Shown here one piece after another: positions 48,520 to 57,570 of a stretch of 64,000 nucleotides of DNA (position 1 is the first letter of the stretch; every line of letters starts with the position of its first letter). Source of the stretch: Rhodothermales bacterium (GTDB taxonomy: Bacteria > Bacteroidota > Rhodothermia > Rhodothermales > JABDKH01); the NCBI GenBank assembly GCA_013002165.1, contig JABDKO010000197.1:224-64223 (forward strand), read 5' to 3'. A program made the position numbers and the translations under genes. The notes under the pieces are model-generated. The model was given only the letters and a program-made list of their open reading frames with translations, made no database searches and was not told where the DNA came from.

Positions 48520-50013
48520 TTGATGGAACAACTACCTCCAGATAATTCATCGTTTGATGCGCCCGCGGTAACTCGAGCGTCGTCTGAAATGTCTGGGCGC
48601 GTGCCCCCGCAGGCACTTGATGTTGAGCAGAGCGTGCTCGGTGCGATGCTGCTCGAGCGGGAAGCAATTCCAAAAGTCATTGAGATCCTTCCGCCGAATT
48701 CCTTCTACTCAGACAGGCACCGGCGAATCTACTCTGCTATTCTGAATCTCTTCGAACGAAGCAACCCGGTCGATCTGGTCACGCTGACAGAAGAGTTGAA
48801 GCGACGTAAAGAGCTCGACAAGGTTGGCGGTGCGTACTATCTGACCGACCTCACAACACGGGTCGCTACATCTGCCAACGTCGAATATCACTCGCGTATC
48901 ATTGCAGAGAAGTCGTTGCTCCGCATGCTGATCGAGACGATGACCGATCATGTCAAGCAGGCGTTTGACCCGAGCACGGATGCATTTGAACTGCTCGATC
49001 ACGCTGAATCAGAATTGTTCAGGATATCCGATACGCAGCTCCGCAGGCCGGCGGCTTCCATGGATTATGTTCTGAAGGAAACGCTTGCGAACCTTGAGGC
49101 CATTCACGGTCAGGAGGCAGGTATTACAGGCGTGCCGACCGGATTTCGTGCACTTGATAGTATTACCGGTGGATGGCAGAACTCTGATCTGATTATTGTT
49201 GCGGCCCGGCCTTCTATGGGGAAAACCGCATTCTCACTGGCTACTGCACGGAACGCGGCGCTGCATCAGAAAAATCCGACACCCGTTGCCATTTTTTCTC
49301 TTGAGATGAGCGCGCAGCAGCTCGCGCAGCGACTGCTGACGTCCGAAGCGCGAGTCGATGCGCAGGCGGCGCGGACAGGACGACTTCGTGACGATGACTG
49401 GCCAAAGCTTGCCCGTGCGGCGAGCCGGCTGTCAGCAGCACCCATATTTATCGATGATACGCCTGGCCTCAGTATCCTTGAGTTACGCGCGAAGTGCCGA
49501 AGGCTTCGGGCAGAGCACAACATCGGCCTGGTCGTTGTCGATTATTTGCAGCTCATGCACGGACCAGTCGGTGGGCGGAACTCGAATCGCGAGCAAGAGA
49601 TTGCACAGATCTCCCGATCCCTGAAGAGTCTCGCAAAAGAACTGAATATTCCGGTGGTCGCGCTGTCGCAGTTGTCTCGAGCTGTAGAAACTCGCGGTGG
49701 TGACAAACGACCACAGCTCTCGGATCTTCGTGAGTCCGGATCCATTGAGCAGGACGCAGATGTCGTTGCCTTTATCTACCGCGCTGAGCGCTATGGGATA
49801 ACGGTCGACGAGAATGGCAACTCGACAGAGGGTCTTGCCGAAATCATTATCGGAAAACAACGGAACGGACCAATTGGTGATGTCTCCCTTGCTTTCGTCC
49901 ATCAATTTGCTCGATTCGAGAATCTGACGACATACTATTCGCAGCCGCCTGCTAATGCGCTGGAAAATGCGTCTGATTCGAATCCGCTCCCGTCGGCAGA
50001 CGCTCCCTTCTAA
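48520..50013 (+). CDS. dnaB: Replicative DNA helicase DnaB
   Basis: 497 aa. PPQALDVEQSVLGAML N-terminal domain, Walker A ARPSMGKTAF, and the RecA-like core SLEMS...SRS. Confidence 0.95.
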   Translation: MMEQLPPDNSSFDAPAVTRASSEMSGRVPPQALDVEQSVLGAMLLEREAIPKVIEILPPNSFYSDRHRRIYSAILNLFERSNPVDLVTLTEELKRRKELDKVGGAYYLTDLTTRVATSANVEYHSRIIAEKSLLRMLIETMTDHVKQAFDPSTDAFELLDHAESELFRISDTQLRRPAASMDYVLKETLANLEAIHGQEAGITGVPTGFRALDSITGGWQNSDLIIVAARPSMGKTAFSLATARNAALHQKNPTPVAIFSLEMSAQQLAQRLLTSEARVDAQAARTGRLRDDDWPKLARAASRLSAAPIFIDDTPGLSILELRAKCRRLRAEHNIGLVVVDYLQLMHGPVGGRNSNREQEIAQISRSLKSLAKELNIPVVALSQLSRAVETRGGDKRPQLSDLRESGSIEQDADVVAFIYRAERYGITVDENGNSTEGLAEIIIGKQRNGPIGDVSLAFVHQFARFENLTTYYSQPPANALENASDSNPLPSADAPF

Positions 50014-50030
50014 GTCGCCCAGAACATCAT

Positions 50031-50863
50031 ATGCCCGATCGAAAGTACGGACACGATGAGATTCAACGGATCCTGAAGAAGGCGACCGAAAAACAACAGA
50101 AAGCTCATGAGGTCAGCCGGCCCGAGGTGGGGCTTTCTATAGAGGAGATTGAACGAATCGCTTCCGAGGCTGGAATTGACCCGAAGTTTGTACGGGAAGC
50201 AGCGTGGGAATCAAAAACACTTGACGACGATCGGAAACACTCCTGGCTTTTGGGGGGCATGACATCAATGAAAGTAGAGCGTTCGATTCCCGCCGAGGTG
50301 CCGCGCTCTTTACTGGACACCGAACTAGTTCCCGTTATTCGAGAGCAGTCAGGAAAGACCGGACAGTTTGAGAAACTTGGTGAGTCTCCACGTGGACTGA
50401 CAACGAAGCACCCGGGGCCTCGTACTCCAAAGTACAGATCACATCGAAGAACGGCACGACGGATATTGTGGTGGAGTCGACCAAAAACGTCAAACAGACA
50501 TCGTATGCTCTACTTGTCCTCGCGGCGCTGATGATTGTGTTCTCGATCGCCGGCATCGCGAAGAATGGCCTGGACCCTGGAATCATCATTGCAATGCCCT
50601 TCTTGTTCACTGCAATCGCAATGCGTTTTGGCTATGCCTCATTTTCGCGAAAGCTTGAGCAGCGACTGGAAAATGTCACTAACGCCCTCGAAGACAAAGT
50701 GCTTGAGATCGGAACGTTAAATCAAAGCACAGGCGGCCGCCAGGCGACCTCCGAAACAGTACATGACACGACGCGGCGCGGTCCACTGTTGGACCTTGAA
50801 AGCGACCAGGATACCAGCCCGGAAAGCGAAACTCGCCCGAACCGGAACCGCGATTCTGTCTAG
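50031..50863 (+). pseudogene. Frameshifted gene for a membrane-anchored protein (two ORFs: 50031..50531 and frame-2 continuation 50384..50863)
   Basis: ORF1 is protein-like up to ...GKTGQFEKLGE and then turns into an Arg/Ser/Pro-rich tail. The -1 frame is open from 50384 and reads VSTWTDNEAPGASYSKVQITSKNGTTDIVVESTK..., followed by TM helices. This is consistent with a 1-nt deletion near 50381-50390. Confidence 0.5.
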
Positions 50864-50864
50864 T

Positions 50865-51614
50865 CTAATTCAACCCTGGAGGCAGTGGGTTCTTCAGTGC
50901 GACGGGCTGACGTTCCCTCCTGCGCAATCGCAGGTTCAACATCTCCACAAAGACCGAGAACGCCATGGCGAAGTATATGTAGCCGCGTGGGATATGGAAC
51001 TCGAGTCCTTCCGCTATCAACGCAACTCCAACCATCAGTAAGAACGACAGAGCGAGCATCTTGACCGTCGGGTGCCCTTCGATAAATGTTGAGACCGCCT
51101 TAGCACTAATCATCATGATGACGATCGCAATGACAATTGCAGCGACCATAACCCCGATGACATCTACCATTCCGACAGCTGTGATGACCGAGTCCAGCGA
51201 GAACACGATGTCCAGTAGCAGTATCTGGAAAAGGACGCTCCGGAACGTGACGGCCTTGGTTGGACCGCGCCCGTCTTCGTGACCCTCGAGCTTGCTGTGA
51301 ATCTCATGGGTTGCCTTGGCGAGAAGAAACAGTCCTCCTCCAATCAGAATCAGATCCCGGCCGGAGATTTCGTAAGAAAGCAGACTAAACAGTGGAGCTG
51401 TCAGCTTCATTATCCACGTAAGCGACAACAACAGCACTATTCTTCCAATGAGTGCGAGTGCGAGTCCAAGCGTGCGCGCCTTTGCCTGCTGATGCTCAGG
51501 AAGCTTCGATGACAGGATGGAAATGAAAACGATGTTGTCGATCCCCAGAACAATCTCAAGAGATGTCAACGTGATTAGCGCGATCCAAATTTCGGGGTCA
51601 GAGATCCAATCCAC
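50865..51614 (-). CDS. TerC-family integral membrane protein
   Basis: 249 aa. LEIVLGIDNIVFISIL and LLDIVFSLDSVITAVGM are the paired TerC motifs. Confidence 0.85.
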   Translation of the reverse strand: MDWISDPEIWIALITLTSLEIVLGIDNIVFISILSSKLPEHQQAKARTLGLALALIGRIVLLLSLTWIMKLTAPLFSLLSYEISGRDLILIGGGLFLLAKATHEIHSKLEGHEDGRGPTKAVTFRSVLFQILLLDIVFSLDSVITAVGMVDVIGVMVAAIVIAIVIMMISAKAVSTFIEGHPTVKMLALSFLLMVGVALIAEGLEFHIPRGYIYFAMAFSVFVEMLNLRLRRRERQPVALKNPLPPGLN

Positions 51615-51694
51615 AGTCAGGTTCTTCGATTTACGTTAGTGCCAATACCTAACGCTAAAGTATGGTAAATGCACAAACTGAATCAACCGAATCG

Positions 51695-54094
51695 CTATTC
51701 ATACCGCAGGCTTAAGATTGGATCGGCATCTGCTGCACGAACAGTCTGCGTAGCAATTACACCGGTGGCGATCATAGCCATAACAACCGCACATCCCACA
51801 AGCCACAAAATCTCCACGTCAATGTGGTTGGAAAACGCCTGTAGCCAGAATTTGCTAAATAGGCCAACCAGTGGCGTGACAATGACTGCTGCGAGAATCA
51901 CTAATCTCAAATAATCTTTCGAAAGGGTGTAAGCGATATTCATCCTCGTGGCACCAAGCACCTTGCGAATACCAACTTCTTTCACCCTGACCTCTACAGA
52001 ATAAACGGCCATCCCAAGCAATCCCAGACAGCTCACTACGAGTGCGAGTAGTGCAACGACTCCAATGATTCCGAACAGATCTTTCATAGTGCGATTGAGG
52101 GGACTACTAACCAGCTGCTCATTGAACTCCTCGTACGTCGCCGGGTGTACGGGATCTAGTCGAGACCACACTTCTTCTACGTGGGCTTCGGCTTCATCGA
52201 TCATTCCGTTGTTAGCGCGAACGTTCGCATATCTGAATGCTTCAGGCAGATAGCGCCACATCATGCCACTTATCGGGTCGGTCAGTGTGTCGTAGTGGTA
52301 GTCTTTAACGACACCAATGATTTCTGCCTCTGTACCTGAACTACCGAGCGTCACTAACGAACCAATCGCACCCGATGGGCTGCCCATTCCGAGAATCTGT
52401 ACGGCCGTTTCATTCAGCACTATTGACGAGCTTGTGTCCTGTACACCCTGGTCCGAAAAATTCCTCCCTGCGACCAACTCAAACTCGAGGTTGTCCAGAA
52501 AAGCAGGATCAACTGAGTATTCGATGACATCGACAGGGACGGAGTCGTCGTCCTTTCGGACCTCAACCGTTCTCGTAGATCCGGACGCTGGAAGCGTCGA
52601 CGTAGCAGAAACGGACGTGATCGAGGCATGTCGCAGCATTTCATCACGAAAGAGTCCAAACTCCTGACCTTGCAGATCCACGTTTATAATATTGTCGGAT
52701 GCAAACCCGTAGTCGGCAGTCAGCAAGTGTTGGAGCTGTGCGTACAAAAAGACCGTGGTTGTGACAAAAAACAAGGCGACTCCAAATTGTACGCCTGACA
52801 AACCGTTTCGAAACCACCGTCGGCCAGAACCGGCCACGGATAGTTTCCCTTTCAGTGCCTGAACAGGTAGAAATCGCGAGAGTCGCAGTGCTGGTATAAA
52901 ACCCGCCAAAACACCGACGGCAAGACTGAACAGAATGAATGTGGCAAGTAGGAGTGGCTCCGCCAACAAGCTTATTTCAAACTGAATCCCGGCGAATGAC
53001 GAAAACCATAACGAGTTGAAAGCAGGAAGTAGCCAGAACAGAATAATCACAGCTCCGAGCATTCCGAGAAATGCAACAATCACAGATTCACTAATGAACT
53101 GAAGAAATACCTGTTGTCGAACCGCTCCCATTGCCTTGCGAACTCCAATCTCCTGAGCTCGGCGCATGGACCGAGCGAAGGAGAGACTCACATAGTTGAA
53201 GCTGGCAACGGAGATAATTACTATTCCAAGGAAACTGAGAAAGTACACGAAGAGAGCTGGTACGCTGTAGGATGCGATCTCATTACCAAGAACAGGGCCG
53301 AGTGAAATTGACCCGAGTGCCTGAACGTGAAATTCCAGTCGCACATCGGCTCCTGAATACTGGCGCTCGGCTACGGTCGGGAGAAAATCGTCGAGCCGCT
53401 TTGCTGTAGCCTTGTCGGCAACGCGAAGATATGTTGCGAATCGCGATGAGTTATCCCAGTCGGTCAAGTCGCTAGCGCTGCTACTTCCTTCGATCGATGC
53501 GAACGGTGCGAGAATTTCAAACTGCAAGTGCGACTTGCCAGTCGGCATGGCCACGATGGCCGAAACACTAAAATCGCCAAAGCCCTCAAGGGATATCGTT
53601 TTTCCCAGCGGATCAGCATCGCCAAACAATTTGACAGCAGCGATTTCAGTGATTAGCAGATTGCTGGGATCCTGGAGTAGCGTCTGAGGTGAGCCCGACA
53701 CCAGGCGGAAGTCGAAGATGTCAAAAAACTCGGGCTCGACATGCAAACCGGTTAGTGGAAGGGCCTTTCCTTCATATACACCCTGAGATCGGATCTGTCC
53801 AATCCGGGTAATTGCTTCGATGCCGGGCAGCTCCTCAGCCAGCACTGCCGCCAGAGGGGCAGGGGTTGCCGCGAGGGCGTTCACATCGCCATCCACGGTG
53901 ATCCTTTCAGATAGAACCCGATAAATTCGATCGGCATCTTCGTGGAAATCATCGTAACTCTTCTGATCCCAGATGAAAGCGAAAATCAGGAGGCAAACGG
54001 ACATGCTGAGTGCAAGCCCTAAAACAGTTATGCCGGTGAACGACTTGTTTCGGAGGAGCCCCCGGAGGGATGTTTTGAGATAGTTCTTTATCAC
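51695..54094 (-). CDS. FtsX/MacB-type ABC transporter permease (duplicated FtsX domains)
   Basis: About 799 aa. The N-terminus (M)IKNYLKTSLRGLLRNKSF is typical, so the start is placed at GTG 54094 rather than 54142. Two 4-TM FtsX modules and large periplasmic domains. No adjacent ATPase gene. Confidence 0.85.
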   Translation of the reverse strand: MIKNYLKTSLRGLLRNKSFTGITVLGLALSMSVCLLIFAFIWDQKSYDDFHEDADRIYRVLSERITVDGDVNALAATPAPLAAVLAEELPGIEAITRIGQIRSQGVYEGKALPLTGLHVEPEFFDIFDFRLVSGSPQTLLQDPSNLLITEIAAVKLFGDADPLGKTISLEGFGDFSVSAIVAMPTGKSHLQFEILAPFASIEGSSSASDLTDWDNSSRFATYLRVADKATAKRLDDFLPTVAERQYSGADVRLEFHVQALGSISLGPVLGNEIASYSVPALFVYFLSFLGIVIISVASFNYVSLSFARSMRRAQEIGVRKAMGAVRQQVFLQFISESVIVAFLGMLGAVIILFWLLPAFNSLWFSSFAGIQFEISLLAEPLLLATFILFSLAVGVLAGFIPALRLSRFLPVQALKGKLSVAGSGRRWFRNGLSGVQFGVALFFVTTTVFLYAQLQHLLTADYGFASDNIINVDLQGQEFGLFRDEMLRHASITSVSATSTLPASGSTRTVEVRKDDDSVPVDVIEYSVDPAFLDNLEFELVAGRNFSDQGVQDTSSSIVLNETAVQILGMGSPSGAIGSLVTLGSSGTEAEIIGVVKDYHYDTLTDPISGMMWRYLPEAFRYANVRANNGMIDEAEAHVEEVWSRLDPVHPATYEEFNEQLVSSPLNRTMKDLFGIIGVVALLALVVSCLGLLGMAVYSVEVRVKEVGIRKVLGATRMNIAYTLSKDYLRLVILAAVIVTPLVGLFSKFWLQAFSNHIDVEILWLVGCAVVMAMIATGVIATQTVRAADADPILSLRYE

Positions 54095-54490
54095 AAGTTC
54101 GGCCTCAGCTGCGTAGGTGATCGTTTCACCCGAGGAGCACATCGATCCGTAACAAATGCCTTGGCGGCGAACTAGCTGTCAGAACCTTCTCCATGGGCCT
54201 CTAATCAGACGGCAACTCGGTAAGACATGTTACATCTTCGGTAGCGGTGGATAAGAAACCAGGTTTGCCATCCAGAGACCACGTTTCAGATCCAACGTGT
54301 AGATAAAGTCTCTGCTTCTTCGCCCTTCACAAACACGTTACACGAAACGGTCGTTTTTCCCCAACTGCAAGGAGACCCTTTCCGTTTTCACAAAGATGGT
54401 TGTTGGTGTCTTGCGAGGCCCGGGAAAAAAGTGGCGGTCAGCGCAGTGGCCGTCTTAAGATTCACTCGATAGTAACCTTATTATTGCAAG

Positions 54491-54525
54491 AAGGGTTTGG
54501 CGGCTATTACAGTCACCAAACCCTT
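54491..54525. other. Perfect 10-bp stem-loop (AAGGGTTTGG-N15-CCAAACCCTT) in a 550-nt intergenic region
   Basis: Seen directly in the sequence, about 170 nt downstream of the FG-GAP gene stop. No U-tract, so its role as a terminator is uncertain. Confidence 0.4.
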
Positions 54526-54696
54526 ATTCCACTGGAAATCCAGTATAGCGGATGCTGGGTAGACGTCTAGGCGCAAAAAGTGCGTCCATATTGATTGAAA
54601 GCATCGGCTTTTGCAATTGTAATAACGTCGGGTTGCAGAGTCAATCGTCGGCGGCGCTATTCACAATTCGATTGGGGGGCATTCGACGGAGATCTG

Positions 54697-55935
54697 TTAT
54701 CTGCGGGATGCCGAGAATAGAAGAATATCCGTACTGCCCCTATTGGCGAGATAGAGATCGTCACGGCCGTCTCCATTCACGTCACCCCTGACAATGTCGA
54801 ATCCGAAGCCACGAATGGTAGACGGGAAGACGTCGTCTGTCGCATCGGTGAAAATGCCAGATCCGTCATTCAAATACACGGAAAAACGGACAGGGTTGCC
54901 GCCAGAGCCAGGCAGGTTTCCCGTCACGATATCGTTGTCTCCATCACCGTCAATGTCGAACACATCGACTTCGAACGAGCGCTCATTAGTGACGGGGTAA
55001 TTCGTCTCGGTCATATCGACAAAATGTCCGGTACCATCATTGAATAGAATTCTATTCTGCGCATCACCGCCTGAAACGAGATTTGTAACGTTACCAAAAA
55101 CGAGATCCAGATCGCCGTCACCATCAAGGTCACCAAAGTCGGCTTCACGCGTGACCTCTTGAGATGCCCGAACGGGAATGCGGTCTTCAGACTCATCGGT
55201 AAAATTTCCGTCACCCTGATTAATGAGTAACTTGTTTTCATCTTCGTTCCCGACAACTATATCCAGGTCTCCGTCTCCGTCGACGTCTCCAAGATCGACA
55301 TCCTGCGTAACATCATTCGCTAGTGGTAAGCGCTGGTCTGTTTCGTCGATGAACGTCGCGTTCCCGATGTTGACAACAAGTCGATTCTGTCCGTTGTTAC
55401 CAATCAGGATATCAGGTAGACCATCAACGTTCACGTCAAATACTGCTACACTGTTGGATGTCCCATCGACTGGTATACGGTTGCTTCCGTCGGAGAACGT
55501 TCCATCTCCGTTGTTGATATAAAGTTCGTTGGTTCGATCGTCTTCCGAGACGATGACGATGTCTTGATCTCCATCGCTATCGAAATCTGCCAACCCGATA
55601 TCCTCAGAATCACGACTATTCGATGGAATTGCGGAGCTGCCATTTGAAAAAATACCCGCGCCGTCATTGACGAGTAAAATGTTAGGACGATGTTCGTTGG
55701 CGATGAGGATGTCAAGATCTCCGTCGGCGTCGAAGTCAAACATGGCAGCGTCCATTGACAGGCCGCCGAGGTCGGCGACCGGTAAATGAGTCGCGGAAAC
55801 GTCGTCAAAGATTGGGCCTGTCTTGACAGGGGTAGAGGTTGACTGGCTGCTGCACGACAGCGGTGCGAGAAGTACTACAAGTGCGAAGGTCTGCGCAATA
55901 GAAATGCGTAGCGTGTTCAGAAATAGATAGGTCAT
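54697..55935 (-). CDS. FG-GAP/VCBS repeat beta-propeller protein, secreted lipoprotein
   Basis: 412 aa with signal peptide and lipobox (APLSCSS). Seven Ca-binding repeats of the type FDxDGDGDLDIxxxN (for example DADGDLDILIAN, DSDGDQDIVIVS, DGDGDLDIVVGN). Confidence 0.85.
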   Translation of the reverse strand: MTYLFLNTLRISIAQTFALVVLLAPLSCSSQSTSTPVKTGPIFDDVSATHLPVADLGGLSMDAAMFDFDADGDLDILIANEHRPNILLVNDGAGIFSNGSSAIPSNSRDSEDIGLADFDSDGDQDIVIVSEDDRTNELYINNGDGTFSDGSNRIPVDGTSNSVAVFDVNVDGLPDILIGNNGQNRLVVNIGNATFIDETDQRLPLANDVTQDVDLGDVDGDGDLDIVVGNEDENKLLINQGDGNFTDESEDRIPVRASQEVTREADFGDLDGDGDLDLVFGNVTNLVSGGDAQNRILFNDGTGHFVDMTETNYPVTNERSFEVDVFDIDGDGDNDIVTGNLPGSGGNPVRFSVYLNDGSGIFTDATDDVFPSTIRGFGFDIVRGDVNGDGRDDLYLANRGSTDILLFSASRR

Positions 55936-56020
55936 GCGCGGCTCGACTGTTATACGAACAGTTCTTCGTAACCGCAGGCGACAAAGTTTCTCAGGACCGG
56001 GGTATTAATCAGTGACGGAT

Positions 56021-56266
56021 CTACGCCGCTTCGGATTCACCGCGGGGCTTCTCGTCTGTAGAGGAGGAAGACTCCTGCGTATCCTGCCAGTACGGTTCCG
56101 GACCGTGAAACATATCGGCCGCCAGGCGGCACAGGCTCATGATTTCAGCCTGGATTTCTACGTGGCGGTGCCAACTTGCCTTCGTTCGCACCAGCGACGA
56201 TGATTCCTCGACAAGTGTCTCAATTCGACTTATAAGCTCTTTTCGAGCCTCTTCCTGCGGTGCCAT
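56021..56266 (-). CDS. Hypothetical small protein (81 aa)
   Basis: The ORF is open to 56374, but its upstream part is the heptamer repeat. The Met at 56266 gives MAPQEEARKELISRIETLVEE.... No recognisable family. Confidence 0.3.
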   Translation of the reverse strand: MAPQEEARKELISRIETLVEESSSLVRTKASWHRHVEIQAEIMSLCRLAADMFHGPEPYWQDTQESSSSTDEKPRGESEAA

Positions 56267-56333
56267 GATGTTTGCAGATGGGTGGGCATATATGGCAGAT
56301 ATCGGCCTGATTCCTGTGGAATTAAGCAGGACC

Positions 56334-56382
56334 GGGGATTGGGCACTGGGCATTGGGCATTGGGGATTGGGCATTGGGCCCT
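56334..56382 (+). repeat. Tandem heptamer array (GGGSNYT)x7, G-quadruplex-type motif
   Basis: GGGGATT GGGCACT GGGCATT GGGCATT GGGGATT GGGCATT GGGCCCT: seven G3-4 tracts with 3-4-nt loops on the plus strand. Confidence 0.9.
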
Positions 56383-56493
56383 TGCCATCTTTAGTGTCAG
56401 TGAAAGATCCACAAAAGACAACTGTGGGAACGCGGAGCGGTGCTAGGGTCCGGGGCGTCGATGAAGCAGATCACTTCATAAGGAAGCGGGAGA

Positions 56494-56567
56494 TGGAGGT
56501 GACGGGCGGATTCGAACCGCCGTACAAGGTTTTGCAGACCTTTGCCTAGCCACTCGGCCACGTCACC
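56494..56567 (-). tRNA. tRNA-Cys (anticodon GCA), CCA encoded
   Basis: Minus-strand acceptor GGTGACG/CGTCACC, anticodon stem AAGGT/ACCTT with loop CTGCAAA, T-arm GGCGG-TTCGAAT-CCGCC, then T-CCA. Confidence 0.9.
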
Positions 56568-56603
56568 GGGTATTGAACGAACGATTCTTACCGACGCTCA
56601 GTG

Positions 56604-56678
<75 letters not shown>

Positions 56679-56687
56679 CTAATTCTG

Positions 56688-56762
56688 TCGGGGTGGCAGG
56701 ATTCGAACCTGCGACCTTCTGCTCCCAAAGCAGACGCGCTAACCGGGCTACGCTACACCCCG
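56688..56762 (-). tRNA. tRNA-Pro (anticodon TGG)
   Basis: Acceptor CGGGGTG/CACCCCG, anticodon stem TCTGC/GCAGA with loop TTTGGGA. The T-arm is identical to that of the neighbouring tRNA-Arg. No encoded CCA. Confidence 0.9.
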
Positions 56763-56775
56763 AAGATCCAAAAAC

Positions 56776-56946
56776 TTACTGCTTCGACTCCTTGATAACT
56801 GCCTGGACGTCGCCGGCTTCCACCATTTTCTGTTGGAAGCTGTACTGTCCATTTTCCTTCTTCGTCGAAACGATGACCTTGGCCATCTTCTTCGCCTCGG
56901 CTTTCTGCCGCAGGACCTTATCGCCGAATGATTGCTTCTTTGCCAT
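56776..56946 (-). CDS. DUF4295-family small protein (56 aa; below the ORF-track cutoff)
   Basis: Hand translation gives MAKKQSFGDKVLRQKAEAKKMAKVIVSTKKENGQYSFQQKMVEAGDVQAVIKESKQ*. Its position right after rpmG and its sequence style match the small protein that follows rpmB-rpmG in Bacteroidota-like genomes. Confidence 0.75.
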   Translation of the reverse strand: MAKKQSFGDKVLRQKAEAKKMAKVIVSTKKENGQYSFQQKMVEAGDVQAVIKESKQ

Positions 56947-56952
56947 ATCGCG

Positions 56953-57123
56953 TTACTTGATTTCGCGGTGGATCGTATGCTTCCGCAGTTTAGGGTTGTA
57001 CTTTTTCAGCTCGAGACGATCCGGGGTATTCCGACGATTCTTTTTCGTCGCATATCTGGATGTCCCTGGAGCTTCTGTACATTCCAGAATAACCTGAAGT
57101 CGCGTATCTTTTCCTTTCGCCAT
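56953..57123 (-). CDS. rpmG: 50S ribosomal protein L33 (56 aa; below the ORF-track cutoff)
   Basis: Hand translation gives [56 protein letters not shown]. Confidence 0.92.
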   Translation of the reverse strand: MAKGKDTRLQVILECTEAPGTSRYATKKNRRNTPDRLELKKYNPKLRKHTIHREIK

Positions 57124-57138
57124 GGTTCCTGATCGGTA

Positions 57139-57375
57139 CTACAGCTTGATCCCGCGTGCTTTCGCATCGTCGAGAACAGCTTTAATACCTTTCTTGTTTA
57201 TCGTTTTAATGGTCTGAGTAGACACACGAAGTGTCACCCACCTGTCTTCTTCCGGTATATAAAACCGCTTCTTCTGAAGATTGACTTCAAATCGGCGCTT
57301 CGCCTTGTTGTGGGCGTGGGAAACATGATTCCCCGACATCGGGCCCTTACCGGTTATTTGGTCTTTTCTAGCCAT
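57139..57375 (-). CDS. rpmB: 50S ribosomal protein L28
   Basis: [34 protein letters not shown]. Start trimmed from 57450 to the conserved Met. Confidence 0.92.
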   Translation of the reverse strand: MARKDQITGKGPMSGNHVSHAHNKAKRRFEVNLQKKRFYIPEEDRWVTLRVSTQTIKTINKKGIKAVLDDAKARGIKL

Positions 57376-57570
57376 CGTTCCTTTTCTGAGGCCTTCGAGA
57401 TCTACGACGATCCCACTAATTCTTTCTGCATCTAGCCGCGATTCGGCCAAAGTCGAGAAATATACAAAGCACAGGCATCAATTAGAACTCATTGTGCTTC
57501 TAATATACAGTGAATCTGCTCCTGCACGTTGCACAAGCAGGCCGATTGACCTGTTTTCGCCACGGTCTCC

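Noticed and set aside
48520-50013. Intein or insertion in DnaB (497 aa, slightly long)
   Set aside because: The extra length is an N-terminal extension. The helicase motifs are contiguous and no intein splice blocks are visible.
51615-51694. yybP-ykoY (Mn) riboswitch upstream of the TerC-family gene
   Set aside because: Only about 80 nt separate the TerC start from the upstream gene's stop, and I could not find the conserved four-way-junction sequence blocks. Not called.
56334-56382. Possible CRISPR array or coding peptide repeat
   Set aside because: The period is only 7 nt, with no spacers and no cas genes. Seven is not a multiple of three, so it cannot encode a repeat peptide. It is kept as a simple tandem repeat / G4 motif.
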